A DNA stretch of 64,000 bases from Cetorhinus maximus (taxonomy: Eukaryota), in assembly GCF_964194155.1 (NCBI RefSeq), contig NC_135903.1, positions 2,976,001 to 3,040,000 on the forward strand, given 5' to 3'. The notes beneath the pieces are model-generated. The model was not told the origin of the DNA. It saw only the letters and a program-made list of their open reading frames with translations, and did not search any database. Position numbers and translations under genes: made by a program. Positions 12,001-23,222 of this stretch are shown here, one piece after another. Position 1 is the first letter of the stretch. The number at the start of each line of letters is the position of its first letter.

Positions 12001-15000
12001 CATGAATAAATTATGGTCAGCCCTGAAATGGAAACATTTGTGTGTGTGTGTGTGCGTGTGTACTATAATGAATAAAGACCACTGGTATCGCTTTGTGTAA
12101 ATGTCTGTTTCCATACAAGTGATCTAAATGTGGATTGCTTATAGTAACACTTTCCCTGTCAAGCAGATGTTGCTGTTATTTTGTTTTCCTCACCCTCGTC
12201 ACCCAGGCTACATCCATTAACAGTTTGTTGACAGCCATCTTGACTGCCACCATTGCAGGCTGGTTCAACTGAATTGCGCGGAAATTTGGAAATATTATCT
12301 ATAGTGCTTTGAAAGTGGACTAGTTCACTAACTTATTTTATTTATTTTAGAATTTAGACGACTGTGTGTTTGCAAAGCGACATGCAAAGCTTGAGCTTGA
12401 TGAGAAAAGAAGGAAAAGGTAATTGACATCCCAGTGTACCTGAGGACTTTGTACTTTAAATGATGAAAGGAACGTTGCCAATTTTAGGACCAGCTTATGT
12501 TTTGGCCAGTTATTCACTAAATGAAGCATACTTTCTGTCACAAACTTGGCCATGTGTATTGAAACAGTGTACTGGAGTTCAAGCCTTGCTGTTTTCCACA
12601 ATGTTCACCAGATTTCCCTAAAGCTATTATAAAGACTATGGGATGAATTCCACAATCAAGAAAATGGAAACTGTCTATTTTCCCTAACTTCTAATATAAT
12701 TACGAGGGTTGCAACTTTGAAACATGCGAGTTTTGAAATACTATTTTGTCAGATTAGAGGAAGCTCTGTGTTCCTCTGCCGTTGAGAGGAATTTCACACA
12801 TTAAAGCAATAAATTACATTTTTCAGAAATTGGGCTTAAAACCTTTTTTATTTTATCCCACATTATTATTTCTGCCTTTCTACATCCATGCTGATAGTTA
12901 CTCAGGAAAGCAGGATCAGTCTATGCATCTCGGACTAGTCCACTAAGTGCTCTGTGTTCTCAAAAAAATTGTAGGTGTGCTTTAAGAGGCAGGGGTGATG
13001 CCTATTTTCTCTCCAGCAGATGTCTTCTTATTCTACTGACATGGAACACTTTCCAATTGTGAGAAACACAGTCTGGAGGCTAGGCTGAGAACTAGTACAA
13101 TTGTCCACTGGGGATAAGGGGAAGCCCTAATCCTATTGTCCTACTTATCACAGCAGCACAGAAGGTGTTTCTAGGCAAGGTTATTTCCACACACTTTAAG
13201 AGACTTTGAATCCATTATGTTCACATGTGAGCCGTTTTGCCACGTGTCATATCAAAAAATTTTGGTTATATTTGGGATAATCTTAAAAAAAAAAGTTGCC
13301 ACCTGAAAGCTTATTTTAAAAATGTTGTACAATCAGTTCCCCTGCATATCCATTGTAAATCTTTTTTAAGTGGATTTTTAAGACTTCAGTACTGCAAAAA
13401 GAAAAAACAGTTTGAGGTTCACCATATGGAATACACGGTGGGAAAAGTGAGAATTAATTTTATGATTATGATCCATTTAACTGTTGTTTGAGATTTTTTA
13501 AATTAGTATTTCAGCACTGCTCTTACAGCCTGGATTTTGATGGCAGCATTATAATGTGAAGGATTTATCTCTGTTGCTGCTGGAGGAGATAGCTTTCCAG
13601 GATTGTCCCCTAGGGCAGCAGTTAATGTAAATGGAAGACCTCAGCAGCACTGGCTACTGTTAATCTTTCTGACCATGTACACCAGCAGAGACCTGCAGTT
13701 ATTCCCTGGGGCTGGTGCTTTGGAATTTACCCTATAGTGTAAGTGGGCAAACTCCACAGCTCTAGGAGCTGTGGAGCACATTGTGGCACGACTGCAGGTA
13801 AAATTGTGTACCCATCTGTTGGTATCTGTAATCTCTGTATTGTGTTTTCCTTTTCCTTCAGGTGGGATATTCAACGGATCAGGGAACAAAGGCTGCTACA
13901 ACGTTTGCAACTGCGGATGTATAAAAAGAAAGGAATTCAGGAATCAGAACCAGAAATACTGTCCTTTTTCCCTGAACCCGATGATGGTAGGTTTAAGTAC
14001 CGTGAATTCCAAACAATAATAGATAATATCGGCTTCTAGGTGTGTTGAAGAGAAAAACTTCACAAATGGGCCACTCATTTCCAGTTCTAGGGGGAAAAAG
14101 AACCTTGGTAAACTACAAGTGACCCCCCAACAAATTTGAACTTTATTTTAAAAATGGATCTTAATATTTCGGGTGTGCAATAGTAAGTAATTGTTTTCTC
14201 CTTACTCCATAGTGGAATCTCTGGTAATTACCCCATTTCTACCCGTGGTGGCTTTTGGGAGACCTCTACCTAAGTTATCACAACAGTAAGTTTGTTTTGA
14301 CGGCATGCAGTAAAATGACCTGATTTCTCTATGTGCTATAATGTCAATTCAGTGCCTAACGTTGTGATTTGATGAGTTGTTGATACATTGAACCTTTTTA
14401 ATGTGTATTTTTATGATCAAGATGAAGAATAAAAAGCTCTGTCTGCTCTGTTCCCCCAACCCCAAAGCCCCAACTTCAACAAAACATCCTCTACTGCACC
14501 ACAATGAAAATATTTCCAGTCCTTGTGTTAGCCATCATATGGCCTCTATGAACGAGACTGGTGAACTAGTGTTGTTTTGTGTTATGGGGACTACATTAGC
14601 TAAAAGTTGGATTGGGTAGGCCAAACCATTTGCATATGATATTTGTTTTTACCAAGAATGGAAGTATAGGGGAGAGCCAGGAATTGTAATCCCATAATTC
14701 TAGAGGGATCATCATCATAAGATACAGGGGAAATTTGGCTGTCCAACAGTGAATCAGCTTGGATGACATATAAAGACATATGTGAATAGTATAGAAAAGC
14801 TAAATCTAAAATACAAATTAAACTGTATTGACAAAACAACACAGGTTCAAACTAATAAGAGGCAAAGTTAAAACTGATGTATCCAGAAAATTCTTCACGC
14901 ACCATGATCAATGTATGGAATGGACTGGCAAGTAGAGCAGTGAATGCAAAAACAAAAAAAACCCTTGAGTCATATAAGAAACAGTTGGATGTTGCCATAG

Positions 15001-15560
15001 GAAGAATGAAGGTTCTTTCTGGATTGATGAGGTAGATGGGCCAAATAGCCTCATTCATCTACAACTGCCTTGTGCATGTAAGTAATTCTTTTGATTATGT
15101 AAAATTTTCCAGTTGCTTTCTCTATGTAATGTAGTTGAACACTTTTTAAAAAAAAAACCAGCTGAATACTATCAGAAAGCAAACCATTCTCAAGATATAC
15201 AAATTATATTTTCCATACATTACCCCCTCATCTTGTATTAAATCACCTGGGTCCAGGCATCCCCTCCTGCAGCAATGGTGGTTGGGGCTGACATGGGTGA
15301 TCTGGGATCATCCCAAGAGATGAGTTGGCATCGTGTTCTGGAAGGTACGGTAAGCAGTTTGGAAATGAGCACCTTTCCTTAAAAAGAGGATAAAGTTGCA
15401 TTTGAAAGGAAGACCTGTATAACCCCAAAGTAAAACTGCCTGAGACTTACCTGTTCTGCTTCTCTGCAGGAACTTTGAGTTACCGTGGTTGGATGAACGC
15501 AGTAGGTGCAGGATAGACATACAGAAGAAACAGACGCCACATCGAACATGCCGCAAATAG
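2862..15560 (+). CDS. MSL1: MSL complex subunit 1, 5'-partial gene: join(2862-3085,4525-4904,8370-8434,12351-12418,13862-13986,14213-14285,15470-15560)
   Basis: Spliced translation LLARLERMERRMQLVKK...PYLCTTEMYLCRWHQ...IPSWKEH...FAKRHAKLELDEKRRKRWDIQRIREQR...PVVAFGRPLP...QTPHRTCRK* matches vertebrate MSL1 (end of coiled coil, PEHE domain); all introns GT-AG with compatible phases. Confidence 0.96.
4525..4904 (+). CDS. MSL1: MSL1 coding exon 3
   Basis: cag|GAAATCA...GCAA|gttagt; KSALGTTERKAPVKKL...TTEMYLCRWHQ...KKEETVA. Confidence 0.93.
5372..7210 (+). mobile_element. 5'-truncated CR1-group LINE (family A), decayed ORF2 reverse transcriptase, in MSL1 intron
   Basis: ORF 5774-6565 with NYRPISL, QFGF, KATFDRVWH, GVPQGSVLGP, FADD motifs; frameshifted flanks; 3' tail ...CATCCCATGAATG. 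Confidence 0.92.
8370..8434 (+). CDS. MSL1: MSL1 coding exon, start of PEHE region
   Basis: tag|TTCCATCCTGG...GAG|gtacag; IPSWKEHSAEPL...EIIE. Confidence 0.92.
8686..9271 (-). mobile_element. Penelope-like element 3' fragment (GIY-YIG C-terminus plus 3' repeat with hammerhead motif)
   Basis: 9271-9173 minus reads EAQCKLEEQHRIFRQGILQPSGPNVEFDNFRS*, resembling the PLE endonuclease end (E..I..L..L.P.GLN); hammerhead-like fold at 8780-8820. Confidence 0.8.
8780..8820 (-). ncRNA. Degenerate minimal type I hammerhead ribozyme motif
   Basis: Minus strand TAGTT-TTGGTGA-A-GAGTC-ATACG-GACTC-GAAA-CATT-AACTA; stems I and II pair, CUGAUGA core has two substitutions. Confidence 0.6.
12039..12061. repeat. 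(TG)n microsatellite
   Basis: tgtgtgtgtgtgtgtgcgtgtgt. Confidence 0.85.
12351..12418 (+). CDS. MSL1: MSL1 coding exon, PEHE domain
   Basis: tag|AATTTAGAC...AAAAG|gtaatt; NLDDCVFAKRHAKLELDEKRRKR. Confidence 0.95.
13862..13986 (+). CDS. MSL1: MSL1 coding exon, PEHE domain
   Basis: cag|GTGGGAT...GATG|gtaggt; WDIQRIREQRLLQRLQLRMYKKKGIQESEPEILSFFPEPDD. Confidence 0.95.
14213..14285 (+). CDS. MSL1: MSL1 coding exon, PEHE domain
   Basis: tag|TGGAATCT...CAACA|gtaagt; VESLVITPFLPVVAFGRPLPKLSQ. Confidence 0.95.
14690..15080 (+). mobile_element. Old CR1 3' fragment in MSL1 last intron
   Basis: TTCTTCAC...TGGAAT...GATGGGCCAAATAGCCT pattern shared with other CR1 3' ends here. Confidence 0.55.
15470..15560 (+). 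CDS. MSL1: MSL1 last coding exon
   Basis: cag|GAACTTTGAG...AAATAG; NFELPWLDERSRCRIDIQKKQTPHRTCRK*. Confidence 0.95.
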
Positions 15561-16815
15561 ATGCTTTGGACAAAAATTTGACTTGTATACTGCCGAGTTG
15601 CAAACTGTACTGCAAGCCAGCACTTAGGATGCCAACCGGCAGAGAGCTCTGTGGGTTTTCCAAAGGACCACCTGCCTGATGGATCTCATTCAGTGTTTAT
15701 ATTGATGTTTATAATTGATCGTCGCTATATCAATAACTGAATAGTCTCATCTCTTGCCTTTATACTTTCGCTTCTCTTATTGAAGTGAAAATCAATTATT
15801 TTTCCTGTATTTGTCTGTTGAATTCGGACAGTGAGTTTTGGTCTGTTTTAGTCCATTCTGCAAATTTGACCGTGTACAGAAAGATTTGAGATCTTGTACA
15901 GCAATCTTGCACCTTTTTTTAAAAAAAAAAGTTTGTTACGTAAAAATGTTGCAAACAGCTCAGCTTCTCCGAATCGGTTATTTGTGTTTTTTCCAGATAA
16001 TACCTGTCCTAACAAGACTAAGACAACATATTAAAGAGATGGTATCCCTTTTGTCAGCTTACTGAACCTGTAGTTCAGACCTGGTAATTACCAACATTTG
16101 TTATAGCCTGGGGGAGCATTAACTAATTCAACGTGACAGACCACTGTCTCTTATAAATGCTGGGACCCAAGCTGGAAAGTGGGCTAAGCAGAAGATGTAA
16201 ATGTCTTTGTTCTCACAGTGGATGATATGGAACCCACGTTGAGCTTCAGCCCAGAGAGAGAAAGCAGAGGGTCTTTTAGCTGATGAAGGAATTGTACAAA
16301 CTAAAAAAAAAAAAATGTCCTTTCACTTCGGGAACCTGTTTGAATCTAGCTGATCCCAGGGGGGATTTTCCATTTGTTTTTTTTTACAGTTAAGGGCCTT
16401 TTTTAAAGTGAAATTTTATTTTAAATGGCTCAGAATCCCGTAGATGTAAAACCACAACGTACACCTCAAGAGTCAGCCGTGAGAGGAGGAGGGCGGGGAA
16501 CAATAGGTAGACCATAGTGATAGAGAAGAGGAATGGAAAATTCCGTTGGTAGTGGTTTTACCTGTTGGCCTGAGGATTAAAGGAGGGAATGCTTTGAATT
16601 GTTCTGATTCATGCTTTGCCCAACTTGTGGTTGATGCATCACTGGATGCTAAATTAGATTTATTTTTCCCCAGCACTATCCCCTTTCAGATTATGAACTC
16701 ACTAGGCCTGAAAGGAAGGGTATCAGCAATCCTTCCAGGAAAATTTCTGTGTAGTTCGTTTTTTTTTAAAACCCTCCAGTTTGAATGTTGTAACTTATGT
16801 TTTGGTGGATGCACA

Positions 16816-16821
16816 AATAAA
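16816..16821 (+). terminator. Candidate MSL1 polyadenylation signal
   Basis: AATAAA ~1.25 kb after the stop, followed by T/GT-rich sequence. Confidence 0.5.
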
Positions 16822-17139
16822 CATGGCAGGTAACTTCTGTACTCCTGTTATTTTCCTTGAGTAAACTTGTCATACTTGCACAGAACCATTTTATGTTTAG
16901 TATCCAGAATATATTTGCTGTGAACTTGCAAGAAAAGCAACTCCCTTCTTTGGTGATAAAAGTTCAAATCACCAGCATTTCCAAACACCCCTTTCTTTTG
17001 TTGGCTTTCTTGAAAGTAACAATTAGGAAGATGACTTTTTTGCTTATATATAGTGTCTTTCATGACCTGGAGCATCCCAAAATATTACAGAGCCGATGAT
17101 TTACTTGACTGTTTTGTTGGATAGAGATGCAGTTTGCAC

Positions 17140-17395
17140 ACAGCAATCAATTACTAGATTGTTTGTTTGTCTTAGTGGCATTGATTGAGGGAAGAATGTT
17201 GGCCAGGCCACCTGCTCTTTGACATATGCACGAGCAATCTTGTCTGCATGTGTAGACATGCTGTAACACCTGGTGAGAGAATGCATCACTGCTGCACTGA
17301 AATGGCAGTCTAGATAATTTTCTTTTTAAGTCCTGCAATGAGATATGATCCCAGAACCTTCTGATTCGGGTGAGAGTGCTACTATTGAGCTGAGC
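17140..17395 (-). mobile_element. Deu-domain-type SINE fragment
   Basis: Similar to copies at 32200-32700 and 52500-52940. Confidence 0.5.
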
Positions 17396-17505
17396 AACCT
17401 CTGATTAATTTGATATTATAGTTCCAAGAGCCTGACGTCCTTGGAGTAGCCGTTTGTGATGGTCAGCTACAACTTGGTGTGGGGATGGATGGTGGATGCC
17501 AACAA

Positions 17506-18545
17506 GGGGAGGCGGTGGCATAGTGATATTATCACTGGACTAGTATTCCAGAGACCCAGGGTAATGTACTTGAGATAAAAGCAAAATACTGCAGATGCTG
17601 GAAATCTGAAATAAAAACAGACAATGCTGGAAAAACTTAGCAGGTCTGACAGCATCTGTGGTGAGAGAAATAGAGTTAACATTTCGAGTCTGTATGACAC
17701 TTCAGAAAAAAAAGTCATGCGGACTTAAAAAGTTAACTCTGTTTCTCTCTCCGCAGATGCTGCAAGAGTTAGAAAAGTGTAGCTACGAGGAGAGATTGGA
17801 TAGGTTGGAGTTTTCTTTAGAACAAAGAAGGCTGAGAGGTGACTTGATTGAGGTGTACAAAATTATGAGGGGAATAGATAGAGTGGACAGGATAAAATTG
17901 TTTCCCTTGGTGGAGAATTCTAGAACCAGGGGACATAGATTCAAGATAAGTGGCAGAAGGTGTAGGGGGGACATGAGGAAGAACTTTTTTACACAGAGGG
18001 TAGTGGGTGTCTGGAATTTGCTGCCCAAGTTGGTGGTAGAGGCAGAAACTTAACTCTTTTAAAAAGTACCTGGATCTGCACCTTAAGTGCTGTAAGCTGC
18101 AGGGCTATGGGCCGGGTGCAGAAAGGTGGGATTAGAAAGGGCACCTGTGTGTCCTTGGGTTGGCATGGACAAGATGGGCTGAATGGCCTCCTTCTGTGCT
18201 GTAACTTTTCTATGGTCTATGCTGTCAGACCTGTTGAGTTTTTCCAGCATTTTCTGCTTTTATAATTCTCTGGGGACATGGGTTCGAAATTTGATTTCAA
18301 TAAAAGTCTGATGATGACCATGAAACCATTGCCGATTGTTGTAAAAACCCATCTGGTTCACTAATATCCTTTAAGGAAGGATATCTGCTGTCCTTACCTG
18401 CTCTAGCCCACGTGACTCCAGACCCACAGCAATGTGGTTGACTCTTATTAAAAAAAAAATGCCCTCTGAGCAAGGGCAATTGGGGATGGACAATAAATGC
18501 TGACCTAGCCCGCGATGCCCAAGCCCCATGAATGATTTTTAAAAA
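17506..18545 (+). mobile_element. SINE family A interrupted by an inverted pair of Penelope ends (17577-18262), itself interrupted by a CR1 3' fragment
   Basis: SINE head 17506-17575 resumes at ~18263 (GGGGACATGGGTTCGAAAT) and ends CCCATGAATG. Confidence 0.8.
17763..18220 (+). mobile_element. CR1 family B 3' fragment
   Basis: SYEERLDRL...RRLRGDLIEVYKI...TRGHRFKI...RKNFFTQRVV.VWN; tail GAATGGCCTCCTTCTGTGCTGTAAC...CTATG. Confidence 0.9.
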
Positions 18546-18574
18546 TCGTCAAATCATAGTTCAAATCGATCTAA

Positions 18575-19010
18575 AAATGAGGAACAGGAATCCCTCTCAA
18601 GCCTGCTCTGCCATTTCAATAAGATCATGATTGAACTTCTACCTCAACTCCACTTTCCCTATCCCCAAATCCCTTTGATTCCCTTAGCATCCAAAAATCC
18701 TCCAATCTCTGACATGAATATACTCAATGACAGAGCATCCCTAGCCCACTGGACTGGAGAATTCCAAAGATTCACAATTTCTCATCTCACTCCTAAATGG
18801 CTAATCCTGAGTCAATGACCCTCTAGTTCTAGACCCTCCAGCCAGTGGAGACAGCCCCTCGGCATCTATCCTGTCAAGCCTCACAAGGATTTTATATGTT
18901 TCAAAGAGAGCACCTTTCGTTCTTCCAAACTCTGAACATAGCCCCATTCTACTCGACCACTCGTTGTAGGAGAAGCCCCTTATCCTAGAAATCAATCCAG
19001 TGAACCGTCA
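18575..19010 (-). mobile_element. CR1 family B 3' fragment
   Basis: Minus ORF ...FETYKILVRLDRIDAEGLSPLAGGSRTRG. Confidence 0.75.
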
Positions 19011-19849
19011 CTTTTCCAGGATGGGTCAGGCCCTGGGCTATTCCTTCTACCAGGGTAGCTGAAATCAAGTTTAGAAGTCCTGTACAGTCTCTGATGAGAT
19101 CAGCGAACTTCAGGATAGGCTTTTGACTTTGACCCTTATTTGTCTGCACAGCCTGGTACTGTGGCAGATGTAATTAACTGATCGATAAGGAGGTCCCTGT
19201 GGTCGCTGTTTGGAAGAAAATGATCAACTGCTTGCTGCATTTCTTGCTCCTGAAGGGCAGTTGCAGGTGCACAGTTGGGATGGAGTTAAAAACATGAGCT
19301 GGAGTCCTGCATGATTTTTTTTTTGATTCTTGCTGGGATACGGTTAATGTAGCAGCACACTAACCTATCTTAAAAACTAGGTTACCTCAAAGAGAAAGGA
19401 ACACGCTACATATTCCAGTACTTTTCATCTTAACCAAAGTCGATCCAAAAATGAATTCTGTGGCGGGGCAAAATTACAGGCACAGCTTTGTTTTAACGAC
19501 TGGATAATTTTCAATAATCTATAAAAAAAATATTTAACCAGAGTAAGCAACTGGGTTAAAAGGAGGAGAGGGGGGGGGGGGGGAGGTGAGTCTGTAATTC
19601 TGTTTTTTAGTCAGTTATCAGATTTTATCATCATGGCACCACAGGTTTTGTTTTTGTCCTTCACCTTAGCACTCTACCACACCCCGCCCCCAAAAAAAAT
19701 CACGACCGTTGTCTGCAGGATTTAGGGGCAGATTTAATGCAGGGTTTCAGAAAGTGAGAAGCTGGAGTGGTTTACAGCAGAGGTAGAACTCTCGGTTTGG
19801 TTTCAGCTGTGTGATTCAGTGCCAGACGCTCACTGCCCTCTTTATTATG

Positions 19850-21000
19850 GAAGCGCCCACGTCTTGCACCAGTCTGCTGTCATTACTTGTTGGGAAAACT
19901 AGCGCATAAGGAGCTGTCACCGCACATGCAGGGGCCACGTGTGAGCAGCGATCTCTATCCGTGCCTCAGAAAATGTCTCAAGAGGAGGTGGGTGGTGGGT
20001 GGTGAGCAATCAATGCACACACACAGTTTCCTTAAAAGGCCCTTGTTTGCCGATGTCAGATGGTCGAGTGGCGTTATTATTATTATTATTATTAAGCCAC
20101 TACTATCCAGGACAGAGTTGAAATTCTTTCAGGAAACCCACGTTAAATGACCAAACACCACACGGTTATTTATGGGCATTTGGCAAAAAGAGCCCCAGAA
20201 ACCGACTGAATTTATAGCTCTGACCGTCCTTGCATTCCTGACCAGACCCTTTTTAAAAAATATACATTAAAAAAAGAACTGGGCAGGCTGCCCAAGAATG
20301 CTGCAAAATATTTCTTTCGAGTGCGGTTCTCTCGCTGTGGGAAGTGAAACCTGCTTTTAGCGCCTGGACTGATTTCAGTATCAGCCCCGATGCTGGTGTT
20401 GACGAGACTTTTTTATGCAAGTCACGCGAACAGTAGGTTAGCAGGAGCAGGGATCTGGCAGCATGACCTACATTTAAATCAGCCTCTTTCTAACAAGCCC
20501 ACACGCTCGTATTCTGCATTGCAACGTGATTATAACCCCCTCTCCCTCCTCCCTCTCCCACTCCAAACACACTGATGGGTTTAAATTTTACATGTGCAAT
20601 CAGATTTATAAACGTCTCTGGCATCATCTGCGTTTACAGAGTCAGGCTCGCATTTGATATATTTTTAAAACATCGCGTTTTGACTGCGTTGCAAATCTCC
20701 AATTGTAACTTTTTTTTGGAACTGTTGTTTCTCTCTGTCTCTCTCTCTCTTTCTGAAGCACAGCGGCATGTGCAGCCACAGTCTGACATCGTGCTTTTTC
20801 TGTCCTCTTGCTTTTATGCAACCTCAGACACATGCAGACCCCAGGGGCTGCGGTACCAGTCTGTAGTCACGGGGACACACACGAGTCCTTTTTTTTGTTT
20901 AAAGCGGAAATCAACACTGTGCCTCGTTTTGCAAAGTATACAGGGAGCTGCCTGAAGCGCAGTCCATTATTTTTAATCTGGTTTGATACTCGGAACACAA
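19850..21000. promoter_or_regulatory. Candidate distal circadian enhancer
   Basis: No repeat recognised, CpG-richer block with CACGTG 19936, CACGTT 20139, AACGTG 20523, RORE 20464-20474, TTATGCAA 20413 and 20814. Confidence 0.45.
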
Positions 21001-21279
21001 TCAGCCTCTCCGCATGATCCGAACTGCAACTAATAAATGTTTTTAACCACCTACATCTAAAAAAAAGAATTAAGTGCGACGTTGCATTAATACACATTCT
21101 TTGATTTCCCCATTTTAGCTCGAAAGATCCAGCCCTGAAAAAGTCAAATGTCCTTGCCTCTGAATCCTATATCTTTGTGAAACAGGGTGTATTTACCATA
21201 CCAACTTTATTATACCAGCAATTGGAGTTTCTGCAATGCTAAACAGGGAACAATGTTTCAGGTTGTTTCATCAGAATTG

Positions 21280-21410
21280 GTTCTCATGAAGATAAAAGGT
21301 CATGCACCTGAAAGGTTATCTGTTTCGCTCTCCACAGATGCTGCCCGACCCCCTGGGTATTTCCAGCGTTTTCTGTTTCAAGATTTCCAGCATCTGTACT
21401 GTTTTGCCTG
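21280..21410 (+). mobile_element. Penelope-derived terminal repeat fragment, degenerate hammerhead
   Basis: ...AAGGTCATGCACCTGAAAGGTTA...CTCTCCACAGATGCTGC...GATTTCCAGCATCTG, same family as 8686 and 54345. Confidence 0.6.
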
Positions 21411-21684
21411 TGTGTTCTGCAATGCCAAAGTTGGGGGTATGGACACAAAGTTAGATGAGCTACCTGACTCTAGAGTTGCCAGGATTGGACTGGAGTCTCC
21501 AGGAATTGAAGATCAATTCCTCAGGCGGACTCTGCTAAGAACAATCCTGGGAAAAAACCACATAGCATTTAAAAATGGTGTGTTTTTAAAAATATTTGTT
21601 GAACGCTTTTTATTGGCTACAAAAATTATTGGATTCAAGAAAAAAAGGGCTGTTTGATTGAAGGTGGGAATTATCCATTTGGAT

Positions 21685-22702
21685 CGATCCTTGGCCCCCT
21701 CTTTCTCATCTACATGATACCCTCAGCGACATCATCCTAGGGCAGAGCGTTAGTTTTCACATATACGCTGATGACACCCAGCTCCACCCTATCACCACCT
21801 CCCTCAACTCCTCCACAGTTGCTAAATTATCAGACTGCTTATCCAATGTCCAGCTCTGGATCTCCTCCAATTAAACATTGGGAAGACTGAAGCCATTGTT
21901 TTCAGTCTCCACTCCAAACTCCATTCCCTAGCTATCAATTCCATCCCTCTCCCTGGCAACAGCCTGAGATTAAGCGAGTTCATTCACAACCTTGGTGTCA
22001 CATTTGATCCCAAGATGAGTTTCGGACCTCATATTTGTCCCAGTACTATTTCTGCCTCCATAACATCGCCTGACTTGGCCCAGTCTCAGCTCACCTGCTG
22101 CTGAAAACCTCATTCATGCCTTTGTTTCCTCTAGACTCAAGTATTCCAACACGCTCCTGGTTGATCTCCCACATCCGACCCTCCATAAACTTGAGGTCAT
22201 CCAAATCTCTGCTGCCCATGTTTTAGTTCACAGCATTTCCCGTTCCCCTATCACCCCCTGTGCTCGCTGACCTACAGTGGCTCCCGGTCAAGCAACATCT
22301 TGATTTTAAAATTCTCATTCTTGTTTTCAAATCCCTCCATGGCCTCACCTTCCCCATCTCTGTAATCACCTCAAGCCCCACAACCCTCCAAGGTCTCTGC
22401 GTTCCTCCAATTCTGGTCTCTTGAGCATTCCCCAATTTCCATTGCTCCACAATTGGTGGCTATGCCTTCACTTGCCTAGGCCTCAAGCTCGAGTATACCC
22501 ACCCCACATCTCCCTGCCTCTCTACTTCACTTCCCTCCTTTAAGACACTACTTAAAATTTACTTATTTGACAAAGATGTTGGTCAACTGACTAACATCTT
22601 CTTATGTGGCTCAGTGTCACACTTTGTCTTATAATGCTCCTTTGAAACACCTTGGGATGTTCCATTAATTTAAAGGCACTGGATAAATCTAAGTTGCTGT
22701 TG
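21685..22702 (+). mobile_element. L2-type LINE 3' fragment
   Basis: TACGCTGATGACACCCAGCTC (YADDTQL), KTEAI, ADL.WLP motifs; tail AAAGGCACT...ATAAAT...AAGTTGCTGTTG. Confidence 0.85.
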
Positions 22703-23074
22703 GTCATGGGAAGGCTGTAGGGGTGGGCATGTTGGTAGACCAGAGGCGGGTCAGTGGGAGATGGAGATCAAATGATGAAACCTCTGGGAATTCATCCAAA
22801 CAGAGTTAGCGCCCCGAGACCCCCATCAGACTTCAATGCAAACCCCCGAGCAGCCAAGGGTTTCAAACCTGAACTGCAGATACTGGACCCTGGCTATGGC
22901 CCTCAGCAGTTTCTATTCCAGTCTCTCCCTTCCTACTGCAGGGAATCTCTATCACCATAAAATTGGGTCTTCTTAGTTAGAACAGATGTGCTTAGGGGCT
23001 GATTTGATAGAGGTGGTTGAAATTATGAAGAGATCGAACACAGTAGATAGAAATATACTGTGTCCAGTGGTTGG

Positions 23075-23222
23075 GGCATATATATAAAATATATATATGA
23101 AATGTATATAAATATACATTAATATATATTAAATATATATGTGTAATAAAATAAATATATATAATGTATCTATAGTATGTAATATGTATAAAGGTATAAA
23201 ATATAAATAAAATATATAAAAC
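23075..23222. repeat. AT-rich low-complexity / degenerate (AT)n tract
   Basis: ~150 bp almost entirely A/T between a CR1 scrap and an L2 tail. Confidence 0.8.

Noticed and set aside
17506-17575. tRNA-like sequences (also ~24940-25018 and ~52880-52940)
   Set aside because: These are SINE heads; no complete cloverleaf
23075-23222. AT-rich tract as replication origin or matrix attachment site
   Set aside because: Adequately explained as microsatellite decay at a LINE tail
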